A DNA stretch of 64,000 bases from the human T2T-CHM13v2.0 reference genome, Homo sapiens: assembly GCF_009914755.1 (NCBI RefSeq), contig NC_060928.1; one strand, written 5' to 3'. Below the pieces are notes generated by a model. The model made no database searches. It was not told the origin of the DNA and worked only from the letters and a program-made list of their open reading frames with translations. This document shows, in pieces, positions 1 to 16,730 of this stretch. The position numbers and the translations under genes were made by a program. Position 1 is the stretch's first letter. Each line of letters begins with the position of its first letter.

Positions 1-906
1 TAATACAGCTACTAGTTTCAGCTTATCCCTGTGTACCTCATTGCTAAGCAGACAACTTTTCAGCATTCTTTTGTGTGTTCTACGAAGCACCATGCAGATG
101 ATTGCTCAGCCCGCTTGGTAGAAAAGGAGGTGATGTGATAAGGAATTTAGCTCACAGTTCCTCTTCCTAATTCCCAGGAAAGAAATATCCACTATTTGTT
201 GCACTGAACAACTCTACCTCATACACAATTCTAGATAAATCTTCCATTTTTTTAAGGAAGAAAAATGGGAGTTGGGGGCAGATGTGCTGGTACATTTTCC
301 AAAAATATCCATTTGTAGATTTAGCAGTTCAGTTCCTAACTAATACTTTGGGGAATCAAACAGAATGCTAAAAAAACTTGGTTAATAATTCAGATACCCA
401 TAAATCTATTTATTCACCCACAAAGTTTCTAGACTCCTTACCATGTGTCATGAACTATTCTAGGCAAAACAAGCCCCAGCTCTAATGTACCTTATTATCT
501 ATTATAGGGAAGTATAAAATAATCAAAACAGTAGGAAATGTAATGCAGGAGTGATAAAGAAAAGAAAATCCAGGTGGAAGAATTGAGAGGTATGTGGTCT
601 GTGAGTATGTGCTGTACACAGACATTCTGTTTTGGATAGGGAAGTTATGAAAAGCCAATAACACTACTCGAGGAAAGTAAGCCACAGCATCTGTGTACAT
701 TTCATAGACATGAAAACCAGGCATTGAGCTGTTGAAAGCTCTGTTCAGTGCCAGCAAGAAACTCAACAATTCTGAACTGTGGCTTAGGGAGAGCAGAACA
801 TGCTTCAGTGCCCTGGAAGTTACTTTTATTGAATCTTTATCAATCTCCACTAATTATTGCATTCAACCAATTATGAACAAGTACCTAGAAAGTAATGACA
901 TATTTA

Positions 907-921
907 TGTGTGTATGTGTGC

Positions 922-954
<33 letters not shown>
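907..954. repeat. (TG)n microsatellite
   Basis: Imperfect then pure TG run, seen directly. Confidence 0.9.
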
Positions 955-958
<4 letters not shown>

Positions 959-974
959 GCTTTTATACATATTT

Positions 975-1140
975 TTTAGTCCCACAACAACCTATAGGAA
1001 AAGTAAGAGAGTTGTCATTAGTTCTATCATGCTGATGGAGTCACCAAGCCCAGGAGAAGTTAAATGAATTCACCAAATACATACAGTTAGAAAGTGGCGA
1101 AGCCCAGACTACATTATGGGCTATATGAGTTAAAAATCTG
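975..1140 (-). mobile_element. MIR SINE fragment
   Basis: cacaacaacctatagg...agaagttaaatgaattcacc...cagttagaaagtggc resembles the antisense MIR core; ends approximate. Confidence 0.55.
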
Positions 1141-1207
1141 TTCTTTCCACTGTAGGAAACTTTACCCTGTTGAACAGGTTGTTTTCATAGAGCAAAAATA
1201 AATAAAT

Positions 1208-1208
<1 letters not shown>

Positions 1209-1241
<33 letters not shown>
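1209..1241. repeat. (CA)n microsatellite
   Basis: About 16 CA units, seen directly. Confidence 0.95.
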
Positions 1242-1243
<2 letters not shown>

Positions 1244-1783
1244 CACTTTGGGAAACTTAATTAACTTTCTTAGGTCTCAAGGGTATTTCTGAATGCTGAA
1301 AAGCCATAGTCCACTAAGTAATAAGTGACTAAGAAGAATTCTAGTTTCCTCCAAAGTGCTAACTATAACTTTGTGCATATAAATGCATTTAGTTGAAACT
1401 TAACATTCCAAAATTTAACATTTGACATTCTGTTGCCAGTTAAGGTCTTGTCAAGAAAACAGAAGAGTCACTCAATATATTCAAGGTGTTACAAGTTTTA
1501 ATATAGGGAACTAAGAGCTTACACAAAGCTTGGAAAATCTGGTGAGGAGAGGTCAGAGAAACCAGCCTTGGTAATTTCAGCCTGCAGCACCCAAGCAAGG
1601 AAGGTGTTGTAATACTCAAGGATCTCGGGGAAGCTCCTACCAACTATCTTAGTCTCTATAACAAGTTGGAGGTACTCAAATGCTCCCCAGTAAGTCTTTG
1701 TGAATCTCACATCAGCCCATTCATCTGGCAGCAGTTGCCTCCAAAATAATGGCCTTTCCTCCACCATGTTCCAAATCTGGTGC

Positions 1784-2138
1784 TGTCTTAGTCCATTTGC
1801 GCTGGTATAATATGATACCTTCGAGGGGGTAGGTTATACACAGCAGAAATTTATTTCTTACAGTTCTACAGTCCAAGATCAAAGCACCAGTAGATTCAGC
1901 TCCTGGTGAGGGCCCACTTCCTGCACAGACAGGCATCTTTTCACTGTACTCTCTCACATGGCAGAAGGGATTAGCTGGATCTCTGGGGTCTCTTCTATAG
2001 GGCATTATTCTATTCACTAGGGAAGAGCCCTCATGATTTAATCACCTCCCAAAGGCCCAACCTCTTAATGTCATCACCTCAGGGCATAGGATTTCAACAT
2101 AAAAATGTTCTGTAAACACAAACACTCAGGCCATAGCA
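1784..2138 (-). mobile_element. MaLR solo LTR, MLT1A/MLT1A0-like
   Basis: TG...CA termini (tgtcttagtcc...ccatagca), ~355 bp, MaLR motifs aatcacctcccaaaggccc and atttcaacat. Confidence 0.8.
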
Positions 2139-5100
2139 GGTAACAATACATCTCTTTGGCAAACTCAAACCTGGGAAAGGAGATTCTGAAAAAAAATTTT
2201 CACCATCTTTTCTATGATAGCTGTGGTAGCGATGCCAAGTTGACATAAGCAATCTAAGACAAGCATGTCAGAGTTACCTCAGAATTTCATGTTACATTAT
2301 TTGTAAGTTTGCTGAAGCATAACCTGGGATCTTATGCTCTGACTGGCATAGCACAGGAGCAAGCCACACAGCCAGGGAGGATAACTTAAATCAATCACTC
2401 AACTTTCAAACCATGTAGTCAGTAAATATTTGATAAGATCTTTTTATGTGCAGTGAACAAAACAGAGAAGGACCCAGCCCTTGTGGCACCTGCATATTGA
2501 TAGGGCTTTATTCTCAACTCCATGAAATTTGCATTTTGGGGAATTTACAAGCTGTTGAGTCATTCACGGACTTGGGGAGCATCAAGAGTTTAACATTACT
2601 TCAGCCATTTTAATAACCAACTGCAAAATCATTCAGTTCAGTTATAAAAGCAATCCGAAATACCCACCAAGTCATAAGATGTCATTTCTTGATTCATTGT
2701 TTCGATCCCACAACACCAGTGGCCATGCTCTCTGGAAATTAATCACAATAATCCACAACGTTTATATAACCTTTTGCACTTATGGAAATGTATTTTCTAG
2801 CATTGTCTTGTCTGACCCTCATAAACATCTAGCAAGTAAAGGTGGGTAATTTTTCTCTTTTCATTACTGAAAAATCTGGGACACAACAAAGAGCAATAAA
2901 TTGTCTAGTTAGTTAATGAACAATGGTGGTCTGCAAGCTAGGTCTTCACTCAAATTAGTGTTCTTCTACAGTATCACACTGCCTGTTTCGTACTAAAAGA
3001 ACTAGAATTCGCACTTGATATATGAGAAATTATAGAATTTTTAAAACTCTGACCTTCTAATCATTTTTTTTCGCACTTGTAATTGTTTTTCTGGCTTAAA
3101 TTCTGAACCAAAGTGTCTGGAAATATTCCTTTCTTTGTTTAATGAACAAATGAACAAATCTTCTTTGGACAGAGCCCTTCCTTTCGTGAACATCCCCTGC
3201 AATAAATAGGTCACCTGGTCACATTCATATCTATGAGTAGTTTATTAAGTCACATCTGCCCTAAAAGATCTATGCCTGGCAAAAATCCTTTTAGGGAACA
3301 CAAGCACTTATAACAGAATTTTAGAACCAGAGAGGACACTGAAGATTATTTAGGTCAACTCCCTTATATATAGATGAAGAGAGTGAAATCCTGTGAAGCT
3401 CAATAGCATTGAGGTCAAACTCACACAGTTAGTTACTTAGAAGTGGACTAGTGTGCAGAAGTCTGATTTAAAGATTCAGTGAGCATATCCTATGCTGTCA
3501 GTATGTGAGGGGTGCAGAAAAGTTTTTTTGTTATTTTTTCATTTACTTTTTCTTTTTTTCTCTATCTGAATCAGTCTTTAGAAAGGAAAGTTTTAAACAC
3601 ATCTTTTTGCTTAAAATCTAGTTTTGGAAACTTAAAACTACTTAAAAAACAAAAGGCAAGAAATAAATAATTGCTAAATCCTGGTCCATAAACTGGAATT
3701 TCTGTAATTCACTGAAGGAATAGATCAGGGATTTATTTTTAATACTTGTCTTATTCTACAAAAGACATGAGGCACCCCACAAAAAAAATACTTTCAATGC
3801 AAAAGGATTAAAATTAGCAATTATGGTGACAAAAACAAAGGAAAACTATGGATAGAAAAATAATAAAGCCAGACCTGTCATTACAGTTGAAAGACCATAC
3901 AGTTGAAAGAAACAGACCTCAGCTTTATCACTTAGTTTTCTAATGGCTGAAGTAAATAAAATACAACTTATGATTCAAATTTTCCATAAAATAAAAACCT
4001 AGTTTACTATTCAGAAGATGTACAGCTTTTCCTAATGAGGTGTGAGGAATAGTTCTCCTGTAGGTATTCAGAAAGAGGGCCCTGAATTTCATCCAGTTCT
4101 TTCTTACAGAATCCATCAATGTGGTCCATTAGCATGACACCAAAGTACAATTCATAAAGCAGCATATTAGATCCAAAATGATGTCACTAAGGGGTCCAAC
4201 AACCTTGTGGTCTGGCTTGTTTGAAAGGCACCATTCAGGGTATGTAGAGAAATGGATCAATTACCTGACCCTTAAGTATTTCTTCCAAAACATTATTTAT
4301 GGCACTATGGAAAGCAAGGAAACAGACCTCAATGCTGTCATATTTGGCAAGATGTGTGGTGTGAAGATTCCATCACGCTGGCTGATGGATGCTCCACAAG
4401 CTTGGATAATCAGCCAAGTAGAGGCGAGTGTCATTAAGGGCATCTGAGAAAATGCCAGGACCTAACTGAATCCTGTTTAATATGCTTGTGCACGGCTAAA
4501 TAGTATGGTTAAAGTCACCCTCACTCAACTTAAAAAAAAAAAAATGTCTGTTCTGGGTCAAGCAGAAAACAGACCCGAGACAGGGTTAGAGAATTTAGGA
4601 ATGGCTATTTGGAGGAAATGGGACTTGAACTTGGACAGACAAGGAGAAGTGAGGAATTTTTAAACGAGGATAAAATCACACACCACTTTGGTTGGGGGAG
4701 GTACAGGTAGGAGACAAGTCAGTTTGGGATCAATGTTTGTGACTTCAAAATGCAGCAACAATGGACCAACTCTAAACACAATTCAGCTTGACCCTTTTTA
4801 TGGAAATATTGCCAGTAGAAATTTCTTTAATTTAATATGACTGCACTGGTTTGATAGGGTTTCAAGCCAATGAATTCAGTAAGTGAATTTGTTTTGATGA
4901 CCTTTCCAAATTTGTTGAATGCTGTGAAAATCCCCTGCAGACTTTCTAACAGTTCCAAAGCTAAAAATAATGACCTCACTGAGGATTCTGTCAGCTGTCC
5001 TGATTGAGAGAATGGCTGAGAATGACTGATGGACCCTGGTTGCAAAATGAGACTTAGAAATTTGCAGCCTGGCATGTATATACCAGAAAATTAGACCTGT

Positions 5101-6075
5101 GCTCACTAGAGAGCATGTGTAGGGTCAGAGGACCAAAAGAATTGTAGTTACATTTATACTTAATTGAAATCTAAACCTGTACCAGGTATTCATATTATCC
5201 TCACAACCTCTCTATGAAGTAAGAAGTATCACTGGCTTCTACAAGTGGTAGCAGAAGCTCAGAAACTTTTAGTAACTTGCTCAGAGTTACACATCTAGTT
5301 AATGTCAAAGACCTTGAACTCATGCCTTTCTGACTTAAAAGCTAGCTTTTTAATCTCTGTACAACATAGACTGTCAGCTTCTTAGGGGCTGTTGCTTTAG
5401 ATTATATTACTAAAGTGCTTTGGTTGATAGTATAGAGCATAATAAAAGAAAGCAATTTCTCAGAGAATAATCATGGAATTTGAAGGCTGAGAACCTGAAA
5501 TTTGAAGGCTCACTGAGGGATCATTAACCCTGTCTTCTAATTCTGGATATGACATGTCAAAGAGTGGTAGCAAAGGTGAGCAACTCAGAATACTGCTAGA
5601 CCTGGCTAATGGAGAAATTGATGGTTGGGTTCACAATACTGTGTACTTCAAAATTCTTCCCTGCTGTCTTCTCTGGGGCAAGTCAACAATTAGTTGTAGA
5701 ATATGAGAAAGGAACTGTGTTCGGGTATAAAAAGATTCCTAAACAGGTTTACCATATATTGTCATGTGCCATCATGATATTATATGGTTAGAGTACTGGA
5801 AGCTGGGTTTCTGCTTTTGTAATGAAAATGTCCTGATGACCTGAATATTCAAAGGTTATTGTTTTTAGTTTGGAGGAAACAATACCAAAACATATAGAAA
5901 GTCATGTATAACTAGGTTACAAAATCAAACTTACTGAATCTTTTTTACATGACCACCTATTGCATTCAGCAATGAATATCAACACAAGCGCTATAACTCA
6001 TGCTTGGATTTACATTTTTTTAAAAAAAATCTTAAGTGTCAGTGGGGTGTCTCCAACCAATCTGTTACTGGCACA

Positions 6076-6408
<333 letters not shown>

Positions 6409-6589
6409 GCATTCTTTTACGTAACTCTCAGTCTGTAAAATGTTTTTCAGTGCCTGGCGAAGCATTTATCTACACTATTAAAATCTATGTCTAATGTGTC
6501 TTCCCTCTTTCCTGAACAATTGAATATTCTCTCTTGAAGACATAGTTTTTAGAATTGGCATCAAATAATCAGAAATGTTAGGTTAATTA

Positions 6590-7028
6590 TTTCATTAATC
6601 CATTCAACAAGTACTTATAGGCTGGGTGGGCCCTTGGCACTATGCTAAGATGACAACGGAGAGCAAAAGTTAAGAGGGCCCCTATCCTCCCTAATGGAGT
6701 TTTCAAGCAGTAAAGGAGATAGGCACTTGTCAAAGACTTACACCAATAAAGGTAAAATTGCTATGAAATAGTGAATTGGCAGAATTGGACTAAGGAGGTA
6801 AAGAGAGTTTTTTTGAGATTGTGTCTATTGCTTAGAAATCTAAAGGATGAGTACAGAGTTAACTAGGCAAAAAGGAGTTGAAAGTGCCTTCCAGGTAAGG
6901 AAAACATCAAGTTGAAGACCCTCTGGTAGGAAGGATCTTGGTAAGCATAAGGGATGAAAATAAATCTAATGTGGTTGTAGTAATAAGATACAAAAGACCA
7001 TGGTGTGAGTTGAAATTGGAAATGTAGG
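6590..7028 (-). mobile_element. L2 LINE 3' portion (left part, interrupted by Tigger4)
   Basis: ttcattaatccattcaacaagtactta is an antisense L2 3' end; purine-rich L2-like text resumes after 10037. Confidence 0.65.
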
Positions 7029-7428
7029 TATAAGTTGAGCATTCCTAATCCAAAAATTCAAAATCCAAAATGCTCTAAAATCTGAAACTTTTTAAGCACC
7101 AACATGATGCCACAAGTAGAAAATGTTACTCCGGACCTCATGTCACTGGTTATAGTCGAAATACAGGAACACAATAGTTTATTCAGCATCCCAAAGGGAA
7201 AAAAAGACCCTTCCAGCTCCTTCTGCTGTGATTTATTTTTTCTGCACATGCCCAGATTCCCCCAAACAAGCACACCCACAATGCATAATAAAATGGCATG
7301 TGTGCAGACCAGACATGCCAACAGCAGTTTTCCCACAATGCCCCACATGAGGCCACAAACCTACATGTATTACTCACTGTGTGTTTTTTGCTTATTCTTT
7401 GTTCTGTGGTATAAAGATATTGTTGAAA

Positions 7429-9490
<2,062 letters not shown>

Positions 9491-10036
9491 CAGAAAAACA
9501 CAGTAACCTTTTAATCAAAACACGGTATTGTAGGTGGAGGCTGTCCTGTTTGTTGCTGTTGTTCATCAACTGATGCAGGTATTCTGGTGATGTTATCATG
9601 CTGTTCAGTTACCCTGAACACATTATTTTTAATTGTATTAATGGTACACCATTTTCTACTAAGTACTTAGGTGTGAATAAATATAAGAAAATGATTGCTT
9701 GTTGCAGCATATAAACTCAGAGTCAGGAATGATGGTGATGCCAAAAAACCACGAATTGCCCACATTGGTGGCTAAGATAGTGACACCTTTGCTTTCTGAT
9801 GGTTCAATGTATATCAACTTTGTTTTATGCACAAAATTATTTAAAATATTGCATAAAATTACCTCCAGCATGTATGTATATGGTATATATGAAACATAAA
9901 TGGATTTTGTGTTTAGGCTTGGGTCCCCTCCCCTAGATATTTCATTATGTATGAAAATATTCCAAAATCTGAAAAATTCCAAAATCTGAAACACTTCTGG
10001 TTCCAAACAATTCAAATAAGGGATACTCAACTTGTA

Positions 10037-10790
10037 GAGGACTGACCCTCCAGATTTTGTAGAAGTTTTGTCTTTATCCTAGAATAGTGGAGCATTGAAG
10101 ATTTTGAACTAGGGGAAGGATAGTTAATATGATAAGATTTGTGTTTTCAGAAATCACTCTAGCTGTGGTATGGAAAATGGATTGACTCCGATAAATTAAA
10201 GAAAACCATTGTGAAGACTGTCAGAATGGACCAGGAAGAAATAGTGCTAGCTTGGACCAGGTGGAAATGGAAAGAAGTAGATGAATTCCAGGGAGAGGTA
10301 AAAGGTGAACTAGATGAGACTTGGAAAAGTATACAATATGAATAAGCAAGAGAGAAATAAAGAATTGCTCACTTGATTTCCTGGGTTTTTGCTTGAATTA
10401 ATGGATAAACACGGATGCCATCTACCAAAAAGGAGAATACCGGGAATGTTTTAGATTCTGAGTGGAAGGTGAAGAAGAGGTCATAAGTTCAATTTTGGAC
10501 ATTTTGATGTATGATACAGGTCTGGAGCACAGAGGGAGGGAGGTCTGCCTTGAAGATATAAATTTGTGAATTATTTGCATATTTTGATGATAATTATAGC
10601 TATCAGCATGGGTGAGTTCTACTAAGGAGGTGACACAGGGTAAGGAAGATGGCTTGGGAGGTCTGGGGAATTTCAGTATTTAATAACTGGATAGAATAAA
10701 GCAAGACTGGAAAGGAAAGAAAGAAGGAACAGCCAGAGAAATGGGAGGAAAACCATGGAGTGTTGAGTCACAGAGGCCAAGGAAAGAAAG
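10037..10790 (-). mobile_element. L2 LINE (right part)
   Basis: Typical antisense L2 text (ttttgaactagggga...gataagatttgtgttttcagaaatcactctagctg; agttcaattttggacat). Confidence 0.7.
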
Positions 10791-10792
10791 GA

Positions 10793-11090
10793 CAGTAGTA
10801 CCTCCCTTACCCATGGTTTCTCTTTCTGCAATTTCAGTTACCCAGGGTCAACTGTGGTCTGAAAATCATAAATGAAAAATTCCAAAAGTAAACAATTCAT
10901 CAGTTTTTAATGTCCCAGCATTCTGAGTAGCCTGATGAAGTATCATGCCATCCTGCTCCATCAGCCTGAGACGTGAATCATCCCTTTGTCCGGTGGATCC
11001 ACGCCGTATACACTGCCACCCATCCACTAGTTACTTAGTAGTCATCTCAGTTATCAGATAAACAAAACATAGTATGTATAAGGTTAGGTT
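10793..11090 (+). mobile_element. MER44A (Tigger7-derived MITE), 3'-truncated
   Basis: cagtagtacctcccttacccatggtttc...gacgtgaatcatccctttgtcc matches recalled MER44A; no 3' TIR seen. Confidence 0.75.
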
Positions 11091-11571
11091 CAACAAGCTC
11101 TGATCTGAAAAAAATACACATGTACGCCCATGCGGATTTGTCTCATTAATAAGATTTACATGGCCTTCTAGTCAAGTTCAAAATGGAATAGAGGAAAGAG
11201 CATAGATTTTGATTCCCAGCTCTGATATTAATTCTTAGACCCTAGGCAGTCTGATTTATTTCCCTCATTGAAATTATGAAAACTATGTCAGAATATACAC
11301 ACACTTTATAGCCCTCTTACATATAGTGGTCTTTGCTTCTGTTGTTATTTACAGATTGTAGAAACATTTTCTGACTTTATTTCCATGAAAATGCTAAGGA
11401 GAGAGAATACAATAATCTATACTTTCACAATATAAAAAACCTTTAGCAAAGTGACTGCAATATGCTTTATTGGTCTCAGATAAATTAATATTTGAAAAAA
11501 TATATTGTATTTATTACTTTACATTAGTTCTTATTTTCTGATTATTTAAAATATTTCCTCTTGGGCTCAGA

Positions 11572-11572
11572 T

Positions 11573-11619
<47 letters not shown>

Positions 11620-11644
11620 GTTTTAAGGCATTCATTAATGTGTG

Positions 11645-11677
<33 letters not shown>
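11572..11677. repeat. Two adjacent compound (TA)n(GA)n microsatellites
   Basis: Seen directly at 11572-11619 and ~11645-11677. Confidence 0.9.
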
Positions 11678-12788
11678 CTGGCTTTTCAATATATGTTTCT
11701 GCAAGTAACTTAAATTTATGTGTACAATTTTAATATATATTAATTTATCATAAAGCTAGCAAGCACTACTAACAAACTCCCCTATAATGCAGTAGAAATC
11801 AAACATTTCTGAGCTTGATCCTAGCTTTGCCACTTATGCGGGTCATTACATTACCCTATGCCTCAATTGCTTCATCTATAAAATAGGGACAATAATGTTT
11901 ACTTCATGGAGTTTCTTTTAAAAAATGTGTATCACATCAAAACACTCAATGAATATTAATGCCTTACTTACATAATTATATAATATTATATCAAGATAGA
12001 AAAAAAACAAAAATTGACACTTGAAATGGTAACAGAATGTGACTGTATTGCAAGCTATTGAATTAGCACATATACCACCCAGAAAAATAATCCCTTTTTA
12101 AAATATATGTAGAGTGCTATAAACCCTGATGACACGATGCAAACAAATCAACTCTGGATTTATGGTCATCTCATAACCTGTGAACTGAAATATTTCATGA
12201 CCCTGATCAACGTGAACACTTAACTTTCACATGATTTGAAAGAAGAAAATGATGATTTCTCCTACACTAGATTTCAGTGAAGGATGCCCAACTGAGAGGC
12301 TTTCACAGATAATTTCCTCAATAATGGTTTGTTGAGTGGATGAACAAAGTGAAGTTGGATGAGATAAAAGTTTCTTCCACATTTTAGAAAATGTATAAAA
12401 ATTAAAGATTGTGCTGATTTTGCAAGCTTCACAGCTCTGTGGGAAAGCAAACTTAGACTGGGCTCTGCAGCCATTTATTCAATCAACAAATACTGTGTCC
12501 TACCACAAGGCTACCAGATTAGACACGATTAGGGTGAAAAAGAATCACATCTATAGGTCTCTGCCATGGCACCATATTGGAAAACTGTGACATAATCACA
12601 AGATTATTTCAAAAGCTAGCCAAAAAAATGTAGCCTCCTTCATCTAATCCTCATATAATCCATCCACATTAGGCCAAGTGTGTCTATAATAATTCCCCCC
12701 AAAAAATATCCAATCCAACCAAATTAAAAGCCAAGACAAATTGTTCATTCCATTGTTTTTAATTTCACCATAGAATTTTGGTTTCTTT

Positions 12789-14082
<1,294 letters not shown>

Positions 14083-14285
14083 TAATTTACCTATTGCCTG
14101 ATTGGCATTTCAACACTCACATTATTTTGGTTTGCACATTTGGGTTTGCTTATTTGAGATACTTTGTTTATTTCTTCATAGTAGTGAGGGTTTGGTGAGA
14201 AGAGAGTATAGGATGTTCAGAGATCTTTCCCAGCATGTTTCTAGATCCATTTTCTTTCCAGTGTTTTTTAGTTAAGCAAAAACTA

Positions 14286-14638
14286 TGTATTAGTCTGTTT
14301 TCATGCTGCTGATAAAGACATACCCAAGACTGGGAAGACAAAGAGGTTTAATTGAACTTACAGTTCCACATGGTTGGGGAGACCTCAGAATCGTGGCAGG
14401 AGGCAAAAGGCACTTCTTACATGATGGCAGCAAGAGAAAATAAGGAAGATGCAAAAGCAGAAACCTCTGATAAAACCATCAGATCTCATGAGACTTATTC
14501 ACTACTATGAGAACAGTATGGGGGAAACCACCCCCATGATTCAAATTATCTCCCACTGGATCCCTCCCACAACACATGGGAATTATGGAAGTAAAATTCA
14601 AGATGAGATTTGGGTGGAGACACAGCCAAACCATATCA
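14286..14638 (-). mobile_element. THE1 (THE1C-like) solo LTR
   Basis: tgtattagtctgttttcatgctgctgataaagac...ccaaaccatatca; 5-bp TSD aacta/aactg. Confidence 0.9.
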
Positions 14639-15039
14639 AACTGCTACAAAGTGTAATGAATTTCATCAAAGTTCCTTCCATTTCAGTGTTTTCTCCATCA
14701 GTGAAGTCAAGATACATTTTAGGGAAGCTCATGATAAGTGACTCCCTTGATGTTTCCCTTACAAATAAGTTCATAACTTGATTATTGCTAACTTATTGTT
14801 AAGGTAAATCAAGGATCAATCTTTAATAAATGCTTTTGCAAATCTTGGTATAAATGCCTTGAGTTGGTCTTCTAACCTATAAAGAAATACTGCCTCTTCC
14901 CACCTTTATAGGCGAAGTGATATAATAGAAAGGACACCAGCTCCACCAATTACTCTTCCTTTCTTAATAGTAAAATGGGAATGAATACCTATCTTGAAAT
15001 ATCATTGACTCTAGTACACAGTAGACATTCATTTCCAAT

Positions 15040-16130
15040 TTTATTTTTCATCAGGCATACACATACATGGTTTAAGAATTCAATATTTTCCAAAGCCTAT
15101 TATAAAAACAGCAGTCCCTTATCACCTTCGACATTCCCATCTCCTTCCATTCCCATAACCAGTAGTAACCGAGTTCACAACTCTTTTAGTTTATTATTTA
15201 CCTTCACATTTCCAAGTGACATCACCATTGTACTGTTACTTCTTGGTTTTTCAGGTTTATGCATTATACTATTTTTTTATACTCTCCCACATTTCCCTGC
15301 CAACATACACACACACACAAACACACACACACACATTTATCTCCCAAATATTGATGACTAATGATCAATCAGCATCCACCAGTATTAAAATATTGAAGTA
15401 CTCCTTTATAGGTTGGGAAATAGTTACTGCTCTGAAGTTCCCAAGCAACCCATCTTCTCTCTTTTAGCCTAGTCCCACCCCTAGAACCCTCAGGTCTTCT
15501 CTCATAATCCAGCAATTAGGGGAGAAATACGTAGCACAGGGGGCAGCCCTCAACATGACCTATTGTCCAGCATTGACTGGTTTAATGGCCCATTCATGAC
15601 CAGTTGGTGAGTATTTAATATGCTTAATATTAATGTGTAATAGATCACAATTTTTTATTATACTTATATTTACTGTTCACGTTTTTATAACTGTATGAAC
15701 ATTGTTCACAACTGAGCTAGTGTGCTGTGTAAATTCCCTTTCCTGCACAACTTGGCTTGTTTCCCATTATTAAATTATTCACAAACTCTTTCTTCTTGAT
15801 GCACATCTCTTCTTAAACACACACTCTGTCAAATTCATCTTCTTAGGGACATCTTTCCCAGAACTCTGTGTTCTCATGCTGTAATCTAAACCGGGTGCTC
15901 TCCAGGCCTTCCTGTACCATCATCATGTTAGGATCTCTTTTCCTTTCATCTTAGGAATTTTTGTCTGTGTTTTGTATTGCAGTCTCTGTGTCCTGAATTC
16001 CATGTCATCTTTCTTGATATTTGTTATTAAGGTGGATCCTTCCCCCGTAGCTTCCTGAAAGTGGCTGCAGAGAAGATAAACTCTTTAAGGTTTTGTATAT
16101 CTGGCAATGATTTTGTGTTAGAAAGCAATT
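15040..16130 (-). mobile_element. Old L1M/HAL1-like fragments
   Basis: T-rich degenerate text resembling ancient antisense L1; boundaries uncertain. Confidence 0.4.
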
Positions 16131-16271
16131 TACCTCACTTTTTTTTTAAACTGCAAATTTGGGGCCTAATTTCTAGATGTATAGTTCCTTCATCAAAAGA
16201 TATTAGCCTCTTATAAAGCTTTTCTGTGGCAGGCTTTTTTTTTTATCCCTACCCTGACCCCCTGCTTTTGA

Positions 16272-16642
<371 letters not shown>

Positions 16643-16676
16643 TAGTCATATCATCTTGAAACTCAAGGAAAACTTC

Positions 16677-16730
16677 TTTTTTTTTTAATTATACTTTAAG
16701 TTCTAGGGTACATGTGCACAATGTGCAGGT
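16677..16730 (-). mobile_element. L1PA extreme 3' stub
   Basis: ttttttttttaattatactttaagttctagggtacatgtgcacaatgtgcaggt is the antisense terminal ~40 nt of a primate L1 plus tail. Confidence 0.8.

Noticed and set aside
3882-3910. Short direct duplications (tacagttgaaaga x2; similar ones near 5478, 38092 and 47018)
   Set aside because: Ordinary slippage duplications with no further structure
4050-4480. 89-aa ORF and possible ancient LINE relic
   Set aside because: No recognisable motifs; could not support either a gene or a repeat family
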